Positions 20,264-30,790 are shown, counted from the stretch's first letter. The stretch is 64,000 nucleotides of DNA from Nitrosopumilus sp. (GCA_965223425.1 OZ245003.1:1856001-1920000); one strand, 5' to 3'. The notes: generated by a model from the sequence alone, not told the origin. Translations and numbers: made by a program.

Positions 20264-21367
20264 TCAGCCATAACTCAGAACATATTGATTGCCTGAGAGC
20301 GCATAATCTCCATGCCAGAGTTTCCTTTCAGGATGTCCTTTGTTGAGCAGTTCAGCTGCCACATCATGAGTTACACAGGTTGTACTGCTGTGATCATACT
20401 TGACCAGAAAGACTGGGGAATCAAGAGGGCATGCGTATTCTTCATATTTTCTGACTATTTTTTCATGTACTGACTTGTCAACGTGGTCATCAAGTCCCAA
20501 TAGTATGTATTCCAACATTATTGGCTGTATACAGAGATGGGTACCATCTGTTCTGGATATAGGTATTAGGTTTCCATAACATGGTTCCGGATGCTGCAAG
20601 CCATGACCATTCCAATAAAAATTTCCAACTAATAGCAAGTTTGGTGTTGAAGATCCATAACTTGTAAATGCATTGTACATTAATATGATATCACTGTTGC
20701 CGGGTGGCAGTTCAAAACTGAATGTCTGGGATGTGGATGTCTGGTTACGTACGGTGATCTGGTCGTCTATGTGGGATGCATTGTTAATCATATAGTTCAG
20801 AAAAAGATTCTCTGGAATGTTGTAGGAGGTTACAGGTGGATGCAATACATATGGAATCGTAACGTTAAATGTACTCTGTAAACCAACATTTTTGAAGAGA
20901 AATAATATTTCAAGCTCATCGACACCCAGATAGGAGTTCATTCTGCCGTCAGTCAGCTCATAATCCAGATCTATTTCACGATAATTATAATTAAAATGCT
21001 CGATCATGGCTCTATCCTTATACTTTATTCGATAGTCAATGTATGAGCGCAAGTCATCTGTCTTTATCTCAGCAAACCACCCCTGCTCAAGTTTGCTGTT
21101 CAGACTCTTCAATATATGCCGATGATCCGTCATTATCTCAGCAAACCCCCTTTGCCAAAGTGCTTTTACAGAAGTCTGATTTACACAGACCGGCATGCCG
21201 CTAGGCGACCTCATGAGGACTTTGGAGTCCCTGCACTGTACCTCCCCGACTGGCACTCCTTGCTTGTATTGCGCCAGGGGCGTTAAGACGGTATCTGCAA
21301 ATGCGGGGACAGTGATCAATAATACAACTGACATGACTGTCAGTCCCAGCAATACGGTATTTGTCAT
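20264..21367 (-). CDS. secreted protein with thaumarchaeal PLKQ-type two-Cys repeat modules
   Basis: signal peptide MTNTVLLGLTV...AFA, PLAQYKQGVPVGEVQC...PVCV..LWQRG plus two degenerate C-x16-17-C modules; ORF-track extension to 21556 is IS481 sequence. Confidence 0.8.
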   Translation of the reverse strand: MTNTVLLGLTVMSVVLLITVPAFADTVLTPLAQYKQGVPVGEVQCRDSKVLMRSPSGMPVCVNQTSVKALWQRGFAEIMTDHRHILKSLNSKLEQGWFAEIKTDDLRSYIDYRIKYKDRAMIEHFNYNYREIDLDYELTDGRMNSYLGVDELEILFLFKNVGLQSTFNVTIPYVLHPPVTSYNIPENLFLNYMINNASHIDDQITVRNQTSTSQTFSFELPPGNSDIILMYNAFTSYGSSTPNLLLVGNFYWNGHGLQHPEPCYGNLIPISRTDGTHLCIQPIMLEYILLGLDDHVDKSVHEKIVRKYEEYACPLDSPVFLVKYDHSSTTCVTHDVAAELLNKGHPERKLWHGDYALSGNQYVLSYG

Positions 21368-21383
21368 TGGATTTTTTTTAAGT

Positions 21384-22430
21384 TGTAATATACGGAAAGT
21401 AGATCCGCTAGTCATCGACATCTCTCTCCATCCATTTTGGGTCACTTTTTCTGATCGCTTCTGGTACTTTTTTGTTGTGGAATGCCTGTAGTGGAACCTC
21501 GCAGTTCTCAATGTCCAGTGAAAAGTGCAGCCTTTTCTCGTTGTAATAGTCGACATACTTTCTCAGGCTCTCATAGTGCCATATCTCATCTTCGATACTG
21601 CGGTGAAGGCGCTCCAGCTTGCCGTTGGTCTGCGGGTGGTACGGCCTGGAGTTTATCAGCATGATGTCCTTTTGCAGAAGCTCCTCCTCAAAGGGGGTTG
21701 GTCTCCACGTTCTGCCTTCTTTTGATTTCTTCCTCCTCTTCCTGCCGTTCTGTCCTACAAAGCACGAGCCGTTATCAGACAGTATGGATGCAGGCGCACC
21801 AAACCTCTTAATTGCAAGCCTGAGTGTCATTACCGCATTCTCTGAGGTGGCATGCTCAAACAATGCAGCACCAGTAATGCATCTTGAGGCATCATCAAGA
21901 TACGTGACTAGCTGCAGTCCCTTAAAGCGCGGATCCTTCATGGCATGCCAGTCCACATGCCACATGGCATTGGAGTATTTTCGCTCAAAGCGGACGTACT
22001 TGCGCTTCTTTGACTTTGCAGCAGATGGTGCCACCATGCCGTTCTTTTTCATTATGCGGTATACTGCGCGGTAGCTTATATCATGATTTTCCCTGTCTCC
22101 TCGCAGTGCGCAGAACCCCCACAGGGTCGTCCTGGTGCACCCCAGTTACAAGGCGTATCTGGGCAGATGTGACTGGGACATGCGGCCTGCCCATCTTCAT
22201 GCGTGTTGTTCCAATTGCCTGGAACCTGGTCCACAGCCTTCGCACATGCCTTGCAGTGATGCCAAGATCTCGGGCTATCTGGAAGGGAACGACTCCTTTT
22301 TTGCGCTACCTGATTATGCATTGCCGTGATTTTTCTGTCAGTCTTTTTGTCATGGATTTTTGTGATCGATACAGCCTGAAATAGTCAGCTGTTGTTCTTC
22401 TGATTTTAGGCGGACTGACTTTTCGTACAA
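21384..22430 (-). mobile_element. IS481-family element, transposase degraded at 5' end
   Basis: WHVDW, YLDDASR, LSDNGSCF, PYHPQTNGKLER motifs in 21408-22052; ends ...TATTACA; stop/frameshift in N-terminus. Confidence 0.9.
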
Positions 22431-22461
22431 TTGAATTGTGAAAAATCCGTGTCCCGTACAT

Positions 22462-23827
22462 CAGTAGTTCCCAGATGTAGATTTACCGCAACCGCAACTG
22501 GCATCGGTTCTACTTGCCTCGATCATTGACAAACAACTCGTTTCTGCTTGTAATGTACACGATAAACAACGCCATGGTGAGTTTTTTTCCCGCAGAAGAC
22601 ACTCTTCCATGCCTCTTTCCCGCATCAAGGCAGAACCTGGCAATCCTCCACAGGTTGTACAGCAGCAGCGGCAGGTAAAACATCAGCAGCCTCACAGACA
22701 GGGAGTTGCTGCATGTCCTGCCCATGATCTCCTTTATGACGCGAAACCCCGTCTCGATGCCCCATCTCTTGCGGTACTGCTCCGGTATGATGCCTGTCAT
22801 GGCTCTGGCGCTCCTGATGGGAATGTTTGTTGCAAACGCAATGTATTGCTCCTCCTCCTCTTCCCCCTCCCCCTTTTTCTTCTTCTTCCTGTCTCTTTTG
22901 ACAATTACAAGGTTGTAGGTCACAGTTACGCCGTCTTTGTTGGTCATTGACTGCTGCGATACCTGGCTTGCCTTTCCGTCCTTGTACATCTTGACTATCC
23001 TCTTGATCTTGGAGTTCATGATGACAGGCATAATGTAGCGGCACCCGCCCTTTCTTGCCTCTGTCATGCAGTCAACGTTGTAAAAGGCGCGGTCGTACAG
23101 GAACACAGTCTTTGAGTGTGCGCCCCCTCTGAGGATTTTCGTGCGTGTTTTGGCTATAAAATCGGCCAGTTTTTCCTTTGCCGGTAGTAGCTTCGATTCC
23201 AGGACAATCTGCGAGGAGTCCCTGCCGACTCCGTGCACTGCGACATACGAGAGAAACGTGGATGTTCCTGCCCTTGGACGCGACTTTCTTGTATGCTCCT
23301 GCAGCTGCTCCCCATGGTATGGTATGTCCGTAACGTCTATTGCAATGGCGTCGATGTCCTGCAGCATTCCTGCACGGCAGGCGTGCCGCACCGTGCGTGC
23401 CAGCGTCCTTGCACACCAGGCCTGCACGTCTGCCGGTTTGACGCCACGGACTGCAGACATGACCAGGTCTGCATCAGGCGTACGTGCACCCGTGTCTTGA
23501 AGCCTGTTGTGCCGTACGAGGGATTCTACAAACGTGTTTCTCTCAGACGCCTTGATTAGCACGTCCAGTATGTCATTGCATCCGTATACGGCGTTGTGCC
23601 TCTCAGACATTGGCATGCCAAGCTTTTGAAACGACGAGCGCAGGATTTTAAACCGGTTTGATGTTATATTGTACTGGCGTGCGATCAGTTCGTCATGTAA
23701 TTCGACTTTCATGACATATTGCACGCCGTAGCCTAATCTGGATCTTTGCATTGCAGCTATGCGGTAACGCACCGGCATCTGGGCATAAACCTACATCTAG
23801 GCACAAATCTACATCTGGGAACTACTG
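22462..23827 (-). mobile_element. ISH3-family element, full length
   Basis: IR CAGTAGTTCCCAGATGTAGATTT at both ends; 4-bp TSD ACAT. Confidence 0.93.
22510..23778 (-). CDS. ISH3-family (IS4-like) DDE transposase, intact frame
   Basis: AIDVTDIPYHG, LYDRAFY, YRKRWGIETGFR (YREK-type) motifs; start codon uncertain. Confidence 0.9.
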   Translation of the reverse strand: MPVRYRIAAMQRSRLGYGVQYVMKVELHDELIARQYNITSNRFKILRSSFQKLGMPMSERHNAVYGCNDILDVLIKASERNTFVESLVRHNRLQDTGARTPDADLVMSAVRGVKPADVQAWCARTLARTVRHACRAGMLQDIDAIAIDVTDIPYHGEQLQEHTRKSRPRAGTSTFLSYVAVHGVGRDSSQIVLESKLLPAKEKLADFIAKTRTKILRGGAHSKTVFLYDRAFYNVDCMTEARKGGCRYIMPVIMNSKIKRIVKMYKDGKASQVSQQSMTNKDGVTVTYNLVIVKRDRKKKKKGEGEEEEEQYIAFATNIPIRSARAMTGIIPEQYRKRWGIETGFRVIKEIMGRTCSNSLSVRLLMFYLPLLLYNLWRIARFCLDAGKRHGRVSSAGKKLTMALFIVYITSRNELFVNDRGK

Positions 23828-24699
23828 ACATGCCAGAAGGTCTGGTGCGGGGCGCAAACCGGTACATGACAAAAACAAGCTTGCATTTCTCTGCATACTC
23901 ACGGTGTGCCTTGACTTTACATTCAGGGACATGGAGAATCTTGCAGCTCTGCTGAGGATGCCGTGGAACGAACCCCTGCCGGATCACAGCACCATTGCCA
24001 GGTTCACGCAAAAGATTCCTGTTGCATGGCTTGAGGACACGGTTGCCGTCACGGCAGCATCGTGCCTTGCAGGATTTGATGCCTCTGATCTTGCGCTGGC
24101 ATCAGACAGCAGCGGCGTTGCCACTGACAGGTATGAAAGGGTGCAAAAAAAGGCCAAAAACAGGCACAACAGGAGGCAAAGCGTCAAAAAAAGTATCTGA
24201 AATGGCACGCGGCCTCGGTACTGGGCCTGCAGGTCATATTCTCCTGCCGCATCACATCCAACAGGATGGCAGACACTGCAGTTTTGCCTCGCTGCTAAGG
24301 AAGATCAAAAAGACAGGCATTGCCTTTGCAGGCAGGTTCAACGCAGACAGGGGGTATGACTCTGATAGGAACTGCAGGCTTGTCTTTGGTGCCGGCATGA
24401 CCCCGAACATAAAGCAGAGGGGCAATGCCGTGAACAGAACAAAAAAGTTCAGGAAAAAGGCCGCAGGGCTGTTTGACGGGGAGATCTACAAAAAACGAGG
24501 CATGATAGAGGGAATATTTGGAGCAGAGGAGACAGAGGGCCACCGGTTGCTGTGCAGGTTCAGAAAGACATCCACAAGAAGGCGGTTTGGACTGTGCAAG
24601 ACAATAGGATGGAACTTGGAAGTGTTAAACCGTCTAGAGTGCGCCGCAAGGCGAAATATTCAGGTGGTGGCAGCTTGATGTGAATTTGGCGACAACCCC

Positions 24700-25064
24700 T
24701 GTCAGACAACGGAAGGTACTTTGTTACAATGCGCAACTGGCCTCCCGGAAAGAGATGGAAGCCCACTGACTTTGAGAACGAGCTGCTAGAGCAGGGCATC
24801 GGCCTGATAAACTCCAGGCCGTACCATCCTCAGACAAACGGCAAGCTGGAGAGGTTCTTCCAGACGCTTGAGAAGGAGCTGGTTCACCGCAAGGGAATGC
24901 AGGAGTATGTCGATTATTACAACGAGAGGCGGCTTCACTGGGCACTGGATATTGACAACTATGAAAAGCCGCTTGAGGCGTTTCGCAACAAAACGGCTAC
25001 TGAAGCGATCAGAAAAAGCAACCCAAAATGGATGGAAGAGGAGGCAGATGTTAGTGAGACCTAA
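24700..25064 (+). pseudogene. IS481 transposase C-terminal fragment
   Basis: SDNG...SRPYHPQTNGKLERFF...YNERRLH. Confidence 0.85.
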
Positions 25065-25517
25065 TTTTCATATAATACATATAGATAGAATTTTTTAATC
25101 ATCTTTATTTCACCACTAGAAAATAACAACACAGAAGAACGGTTCAGGTAGACTTTGCAGTACCAGTCAGAGCTATTTCAGCATCCGGAGTTTTACATCA
25201 GATCCTCTTTTTGCGGCAAATACATCATATGGACTAGAGAAAGAGCCAAAGAGGATTGCAAAATGGCAGTTAGTCATACAATTGCCGAATTGCCATTGGT
25301 GGTTTTATTAGGAGGGGACATTTCGTTAGAAGCATTTCCGGAATTCCAAAACATGATTTCCATTTTTGGCGCAGTTACACTGTTTGTGTTTACAGGAATG
25401 CAAATCAAAACAGTATTTAGAAAAAAAGAACTCACGTTATCTAATCCAGAGTATGATGATAGGTTCAAGTTTAATTCTAATTTATTTTGAAATTACATTT
25501 TTGACAGAAATTATACC

Positions 25518-25757
25518 TTAGCTGCAATCTAAAATTTCAACTCGAGGCTCACATACGTCATTGAATAAATCAATTTTCTCAACTATGACTTCACAGACTT
25601 CAGGATCAAGAGACTTTTCATACGAAGCAATTTCATTTAAAATCACCATATGTTGTATGCCACAAGATTTATCAGAATAATTAATGAGAATTACAACAAT
25701 TGAAATTCCAATCACAATTAATATTATATTTCTTAAACTAACTTTTTGAAATGTCAA
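25518..25757 (-). CDS. small membrane-anchored hypothetical protein
   Basis: 79 aa, N-terminal TM helix, four Cys; overlaps the 3' end of the alba gene. Confidence 0.7.
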   Translation of the reverse strand: MTFQKVSLRNIILIVIGISIVVILINYSDKSCGIQHMVILNEIASYEKSLDPEVCEVIVEKIDLFNDVCEPRVEILDCS

Positions 25758-26793
25758 TTTCCATTATAGAGACGTTACGTTGTTTTCCATCTTGAGAAGT
25801 AAGAGAATCAGATGAAATTCTCACATCACTGACAACATAACCTACATAATCCATTCTTTTAACAATCATTTGGGATACATCAACTGCTTGGGTAATTCTT
25901 TTTCCTCTAGCTTTAATGGTTACAGTTTGTCTTGTTGAAAGTTGGGTTAAAGTTGCTGAAACATAAGTCATTAGTGGTTTTGTACCAACAAAAACCACAT
26001 CACGATCTTCTAAAGGTTTAGTGGAATCTGTAGTTTCGCCAGATCGTTCTGGTTCCGGTGTTGGTTCCGGTGTTGGTTCCGGTGTTGGTTCCGGTGTTGG
26101 TTCCGGTGTTGGTTCCGGTGTTGGTTCTGGTTCCGGTGTTGGTTCCGGTGTTGGTTCCGGTGTTGGTTCTGGTTCCGGTGTTGGTTCCGGTGTTGGTTCC
26201 GGTGTTGGTTCCGGTGTTGGTTCTGGTTCCGGTGTTGGTTCCGGTGTTGGTTCCGGTGTTGGTTCTGGTTCCGGTGTTGGTTCCGGTGTTGGTTCTGGTT
26301 CCGGTGTTGGTTCCGGTGTTGGTTCCGGTGTTGGTTCTGGTTCCGGTGTTGGTTCCGGTGTTGGTTCCGGTGTTGGTTCCGGTGTTGGTTCTGGTGTTGG
26401 TTCTGGTGTTGGTTCTGGTTCCGGTGTTGGTTCCGGTGTTGGTTCCGGTGTTGGTTCTGGTTCCGGTGTTGGTTCCGGTGTTGGTTCTGGTTCCGGTGTT
26501 GGTTCCGGTGTTGGTTCCGGTGTTGGTTCTGGTTCCGGTGTTGGTTCCGGTGTTGGTTCCGGTGTTGGTTCCGGTGTTGGTTCTGGTGTTGGTTCTGGTG
26601 TTGGTTCTGGTTCCGGTGTTGGTTCTGGTGTTGGTTCTGGTTCCGGTGTTGGTTCTGGTGTTGGTTCTGGTTCCGGTGTTGGTTCTGGTTCCGGTGTTGG
26701 TTCTGGTTTTGTTCTAGAGTCAAATTCTGATAAAATGTCTTCTGCGTCTTTTGATTTTTTAGAGTCACTCAATTTAAATTCCTTTTCTAACAA
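25738..26793 (-). CDS. Alba-family DNA/RNA-binding protein with long N-terminal Pro/Glu/Thr repeat
   Basis: C-terminal VFVGTKPLMTY, IKARGKRITQAVDV, RNVSIMEI Alba motifs. Confidence 0.9.
   Translation of the reverse strand: MLEKEFKLSDSKKSKDAEDILSEFDSRTKPEPTPEPEPTPEPEPTPEPTPEPEPTPEPTPEPEPTPEPTPEPTPEPTPEPTPEPTPEPEPTPEPTPEPTPEPEPTPEPTPEPEPTPEPTPEPTPEPEPTPEPTPEPTPEPTPEPTPEPTPEPEPTPEPTPEPTPEPEPTPEPTPEPEPTPEPTPEPTPEPEPTPEPTPEPTPEPTPEPEPTPEPTPEPTPEPEPTPEPTPEPTPEPTPEPTPEPTPEPERSGETTDSTKPLEDRDVVFVGTKPLMTYVSATLTQLSTRQTVTIKARGKRITQAVDVSQMIVKRMDYVGYVVSDVRISSDSLTSQDGKQRNVSIMEIDISKS
26047..26706. repeat. tandem repeat of 6/12/18-bp units encoding (PEPT/PEPEPT)n
   Basis: ~660 bp of GGTTCC/GGTTCT/GGTGTT hexamers. 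Confidence 0.97.
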
Positions 26794-26813
26794 AATCTTC
26801 TTTCGCTTTTATT

Positions 26814-27062
26814 TTAATTTTTAAGGTCTTGCCCTTTAACATAGTCTTCAAATAGCTTTTCAAGTTCTTCATCATTAGTACAATTTTTAATTTTCTCAAC
26901 TAATTCTTCTTCCTCGATTTCATAGCAATTTAGAACATCTTGAGAATCTTTGAAAATTAGAATTGCTTTATTTTTGAATACACAATGATAGAGTTTTTCT
27001 TTTTCCATCTTCTCAGGTTTAAAATTCAGACCATTCTCATCCACTGAGACAGGATATTCCAT
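26814..27062 (-). CDS. hypothetical protein
   Basis: 82-aa acidic ORF (MEYPVSVDENG...), backbone composition. Confidence 0.7.
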   Translation of the reverse strand: MEYPVSVDENGLNFKPEKMEKEKLYHCVFKNKAILIFKDSQDVLNCYEIEEEELVEKIKNCTNDEELEKLFEDYVKGQDLKN

Positions 27063-27090
27063 GAAAATAATGAAATTAATCAATATTTAG

Positions 27091-28230
27091 ATGAATACAC
27101 AATATTGTAATAATCAAAAAGAATTCAAGAAGTTATTGGAAACAAGAGTGGTTTTCCACATAGATTTTGATTATTTTTATGCCCAATGTGAAGAGATAAG
27201 ATCGCCTGAATTAAAACTCAAACCAGTTTGCGTTTGTGTATATTCAGATAGAGGCGGAGATAGTGGTGCAATTGCTACTGCAAATTATACTGCAAGAAAA
27301 TATGGCGCAAAATCAGGAATGCCGATAGTTTTTGCAAAAAAAAGATTGGAGGAAAGAAAAGACGCAGTATTTTTGCCAGTAGATTTTGATTATTATGGAG
27401 AAATCTCTGAGAAAGCAATGGAAATTATGAACAAGTATGCAGATATTTTTGAATATGTTGGCAAAGATGAAGCATACTTGGATGTAACAAAAAGAATAGA
27501 AGGAAACTTTGAAAAAGCGAGTCATCTTGCACAACAAATTAAAAATTCAATTAGAGATAAAACAAAACTTAGTTGTTCTATTGGAATCTCGCCAAATAAA
27601 TTAATGTCAAAGATTGCATCAGATTTTCAAAAACCGGATGGCATTACAATTGTATCTCCAGATAAAATTGAAGAGTTTCTAGAGTCATTAGAGATAAGAA
27701 TAATACCAGGCATTGGAGGGAAAACTGAAAAAAGATTTTCAGAAATGAGTCTAAAAACAATTCAAGATGTAAAGAGCTTAGATGTGTTTACTTTGAACAA
27801 AGAATTTGGAAGAAAAAACGGCACTTACATTTACAACGCAATTAGAGGCATCGATAACGATCCAGTCAAAGAAAGAGACGCCAGAATACAATATAGCAAA
27901 ATTACAACATTGAAAGAGGATTCAAAAGATTACCAATTCTTGTCTGAGAACATAATTGAGCTATGCAAAGAAGTGCATGAGATTATTATGAAAAATAATC
28001 AAATGTTCAAATCAATTGGAATACATTTTGTGCAATCAGATTTGTCAAACAAATCAAAATCAAGAATGCTAAGAAACCCAACTACAAATCTTGAAGAATT
28101 ACAAAAAAACGCAGAACAGTTATTAAAAGAAGCATTAGAAAACCAAGAAATTACAATTAGGCGATTAGGGGTAAGAGTTTCAGAGCTCTCAGAAGTAAAA
28201 GGCCAAAGTGATATTACAAGTTATTTTTAA
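27091..28230 (+). CDS. dinB: DNA polymerase IV (Y family, DinB/Dpo4)
   Basis: HIDFDYFYAQ, ATANYTAR, GKDEAYLD, SKIASDFQKPDG, IPGIG, RRLGV. Confidence 0.95.
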   Translation: MNTQYCNNQKEFKKLLETRVVFHIDFDYFYAQCEEIRSPELKLKPVCVCVYSDRGGDSGAIATANYTARKYGAKSGMPIVFAKKRLEERKDAVFLPVDFDYYGEISEKAMEIMNKYADIFEYVGKDEAYLDVTKRIEGNFEKASHLAQQIKNSIRDKTKLSCSIGISPNKLMSKIASDFQKPDGITIVSPDKIEEFLESLEIRIIPGIGGKTEKRFSEMSLKTIQDVKSLDVFTLNKEFGRKNGTYIYNAIRGIDNDPVKERDARIQYSKITTLKEDSKDYQFLSENIIELCKEVHEIIMKNNQMFKSIGIHFVQSDLSNKSKSRMLRNPTTNLEELQKNAEQLLKEALENQEITIRRLGVRVSELSEVKGQSDITSYF

Positions 28231-28235
28231 AATAA

Positions 28236-29177
28236 TTATCTCTCTAATTTCTTAAGACGCCTAGATTCTATCAGGATCACGACTAGAATGAATGCAAACA
28301 ACCACGGCAAAAACATGATTTCACCTGCAATTTCATGATATTTTTCCCATGCTACAGGATCAGTTGTGACTTTGAGTGCATACCATGACAATGAGAATAT
28401 TCTAATCAGGTTAACAGTGATTGTTCCAATAATTCCTAAAACAAAATAAACGGCTTTTCTGTTTCTAGGAATATTCATCTTTAGCATGAATGCGCCAATC
28501 ACCAAGGAGAATATGATAATACTGTGAACCCCGGCAGATGGCCAAAATACTTGCAGGGCCATCGAGCCATGATCACCACGCAAAAACATCACATTATCTC
28601 TAGCTACCGCAGTTCCCAGATCAAGTACGGTGATTAACCATACATTTGCTTGAACAAAGTAAGGAACGATGTATTGCAGCGGACCAAGTGTGTCATATGG
28701 GAAAAATGCATCAAGTGAAAGAATTATTGCAGTGCCAGTCAGAAAAATTGGTCCTGCAGGAGCAATTCTAATCCATCGTTTTCCAAAGAAAATTGTCAAT
28801 CCCACAACAATAAAAATTGCCATTACAATGAAATCCCACATCCACGTCCAAGAAAAGATCAACTGCACATCAAACTGTTCTGAAGACTCTACAATGTAAT
28901 CTCGTAAACCATATTCTAATGAAATTAAATAAGAGATTGTAACAAGTGCCATAGGAATTACTGCAAGTAATCGTTTCTTTGAAATGACAATTTTAAGACC
29001 AACAAGTTCAGCAGCTACAAAGACAAGGGCAAAAAGATATCCGCCTCTTCCTTCATTCCAACTCAGAGAAATCGAATCAGGAAACGCAATCATTGCAAAA
29101 AGAATTGGACTGGAAATTATCAAAATTCCAACTATGAGATTCCAATTCTGCATTATGTTTAACCTAAAAAATGGCAA
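28236..29177 (-). CDS. thaumarchaeosortase (exosortase/archaeosortase family)
   Basis: multi-TM; VFWPSAGVHS, NLIRI and YHE motifs at the positions of the exosortase nucleophile-Arg-His triad. Confidence 0.85.
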   Translation of the reverse strand: MPFFRLNIMQNWNLIVGILIISSPILFAMIAFPDSISLSWNEGRGGYLFALVFVAAELVGLKIVISKKRLLAVIPMALVTISYLISLEYGLRDYIVESSEQFDVQLIFSWTWMWDFIVMAIFIVVGLTIFFGKRWIRIAPAGPIFLTGTAIILSLDAFFPYDTLGPLQYIVPYFVQANVWLITVLDLGTAVARDNVMFLRGDHGSMALQVFWPSAGVHSIIIFSLVIGAFMLKMNIPRNRKAVYFVLGIIGTITVNLIRIFSLSWYALKVTTDPVAWEKYHEIAGEIMFLPWLFAFILVVILIESRRLKKLER

Positions 29178-29396
29178 ATAAATATCTCAACCTTACAAGG
29201 TTGAGGACTCGTCAATACCATGTAAGGTGGGAAAAGATGCTATTCTTCTACATCTTCAATCTCATCAGATTCTGGATCTCTCTTGTGAGGTCTAATCGGA
29301 ACATAAATGAATGTCACATCAGTAGTTCAACTAACTCAAAGATACATTTCAAGGTTACAAAAGTTTGCCTAATTGGTAATTTCTAGTACATCAAGG

Positions 29397-29876
29397 TCAG
29401 GGATCAAATTTACATTCAGATTTTAGGGATTTTACAGTTGTAAAATAGGCAACAGCCAAAATGGTAATTGCGATTATTCGGATTGGGATCTCATAATTTG
29501 TTACAAACGCAGTGGCAGTAGCTCCCACAGAACCAAAAGTGGAGATCACAGCAAATCCAATGGGTCCACAGCTACATGCACCGGCAACAGCACCAATAAA
29601 TGAGCCAAAAATTCCTCCGCCCATTTTTTGTTTTGAGCCTTTGAGAATATTGATTCGATATACATTCATTGGAATGACTAGCGCAGACAATGCAGAAAGC
29701 ATCACAATTAATACAAAACCCAGTTCACTTCCAGTAGGTAAGTGACTGACAACGTATGGTTCTAAGAAGATAAATTCAGACAGTATCAACAACCCAATCA
29801 TCATTGACACAAAAATTGCAGACGATAGTAGCAGATATCGATGGTTAGAAAAGACTAACTTGATTATTTGTGCCAT
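29397..29876 (-). CDS. membrane protein with CSC motif, same strand and adjacent to DsbA
   Basis: four TM segments, GACSCGP. Confidence 0.8.
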   Translation of the reverse strand: MAQIIKLVFSNHRYLLLSSAIFVSMMIGLLILSEFIFLEPYVVSHLPTGSELGFVLIVMLSALSALVIPMNVYRINILKGSKQKMGGGIFGSFIGAVAGACSCGPIGFAVISTFGSVGATATAFVTNYEIPIRIIAITILAVAYFTTVKSLKSECKFDP

Positions 29877-30542
29877 TTAGATCATAGAGTCCAGTACTTG
29901 TTTAAAGACTGGAAATGGTTGTGCGCCACCAAGCTGTTGTTGTCCATCAGGACCGACAATAAAGAATCCAGGAGTTCCTCTAACACCGTGGTCTCTAGCT
30001 TGTTGTATGTTATATTGAACGCGCTTTGAATGTTTTCCAGAATCAAGACAGCTCTCAAATAATTCCATATCAAGACCTAAGCTAAATGCAAAAGCTTCGA
30101 GTCTTTCAGAATTTGCCCAGCCTCCATCAATTTGTGGTTCTTGGGAATTGTAAAGAAGATCATGGTATTCCCAATACAGCCCTTGATCTTCGGCACAATA
30201 TGATGCTTGAGCCGCTTTTGGAGAATCACTCCCCAAAAATGCTAAATCAACAAAAACCAAATTTGCTTTTCCTGTTTCTATATAATCAGTAAATATTGCA
30301 GGTTTTGTGTCGTGAAACCAATTATAACATTGATGGCATTGATAGTCACCAAATTCAACAATAGTGATTGGCGCAGAAGGGTCTCCCAAAATTGGGGAGC
30401 CCATAGCAGTAGAAATTGTACCATGAGTTCTTCCCATATCCAGATTTACAGTTCCAGAGGGGGGAGAATATGAATACGATGCTGCAATTCCAACAACGAT
30501 TGCAACAACAATGATGCCTATAATTACGCCTTTTTTGTTCAT
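29877..30542 (-). CDS. DsbA/BdbD-family thioredoxin-fold oxidoreductase
   Basis: N-terminal anchor, EFGDYQCHQC, GVRGTP, GAQP. Confidence 0.92.
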   Translation of the reverse strand: MNKKGVIIGIIVVAIVVGIAASYSYSPPSGTVNLDMGRTHGTISTAMGSPILGDPSAPITIVEFGDYQCHQCYNWFHDTKPAIFTDYIETGKANLVFVDLAFLGSDSPKAAQASYCAEDQGLYWEYHDLLYNSQEPQIDGGWANSERLEAFAFSLGLDMELFESCLDSGKHSKRVQYNIQQARDHGVRGTPGFFIVGPDGQQQLGGAQPFPVFKQVLDSMI

Positions 30543-30574
30543 TATTTAAAACAGTAAAAATGAGTTAAAAAAAC

Positions 30575-30790
30575 TTATTCCAGATTACGTGATGGCTTTC
30601 GTTTAAATATATTTACAAATTTTGAGATGGCAGTATCAATTGGACATACCTCACAAGTAACACTTGAAGAGTGCCTATCAAAGTGCTTTTCAAACTTTTC
30701 TCTTGATTCAAAGATTAAATTACATTTATCACAGTAAACTTTTGTTACATTGTTTTTTGATGGCTTCTTCTCCACGCTTATTTTGACCAT
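30575..30790 (-). CDS. small C2H2-type zinc-finger protein
   Basis: CDKC...HFDRH plus CEVC. Confidence 0.75.
   Translation of the reverse strand: MVKISVEKKPSKNNVTKVYCDKCNLIFESREKFEKHFDRHSSSVTCEVCPIDTAISKFVNIFKRKPSRNLE

Larger units (their letters stand above)
22431..24699 (+). mobile_element. IS5-family element (frameshifted), interrupted by ISH3
   Basis: PDHSTIARF, ASDSSG, ADRGYDS, YKKRGMIE motifs; right IR GAATTTGGCGACAACCCC; homologous copy at 30911-31972 shows the empty ACAT site. Confidence 0.85.
15128..25079 (+). mobile_element. IS481-family-bounded nested mobile island (~10 kb)
   Basis: starts TGTTGTACG, ends TAATACA; flanked by direct repeat TATAGATAGAATTTTT (15111-15126, 25080-25095); transposase N-terminus at 15207 and C-terminus at 24700-25064. 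Confidence 0.8.

Noticed and set aside
20264-21556. 430-aa ORF with long N-terminal extension
   Set aside because: The first ~63 codons come from the IS481 end; the signal peptide starts at 21367.
26010-26824. ORFs encoding (NQHR)n, (GSGV)n and (VPVL)n
   Set aside because: Alternative frames of the same stop-free tandem repeat; only the frame ending in the Alba domain is credible.
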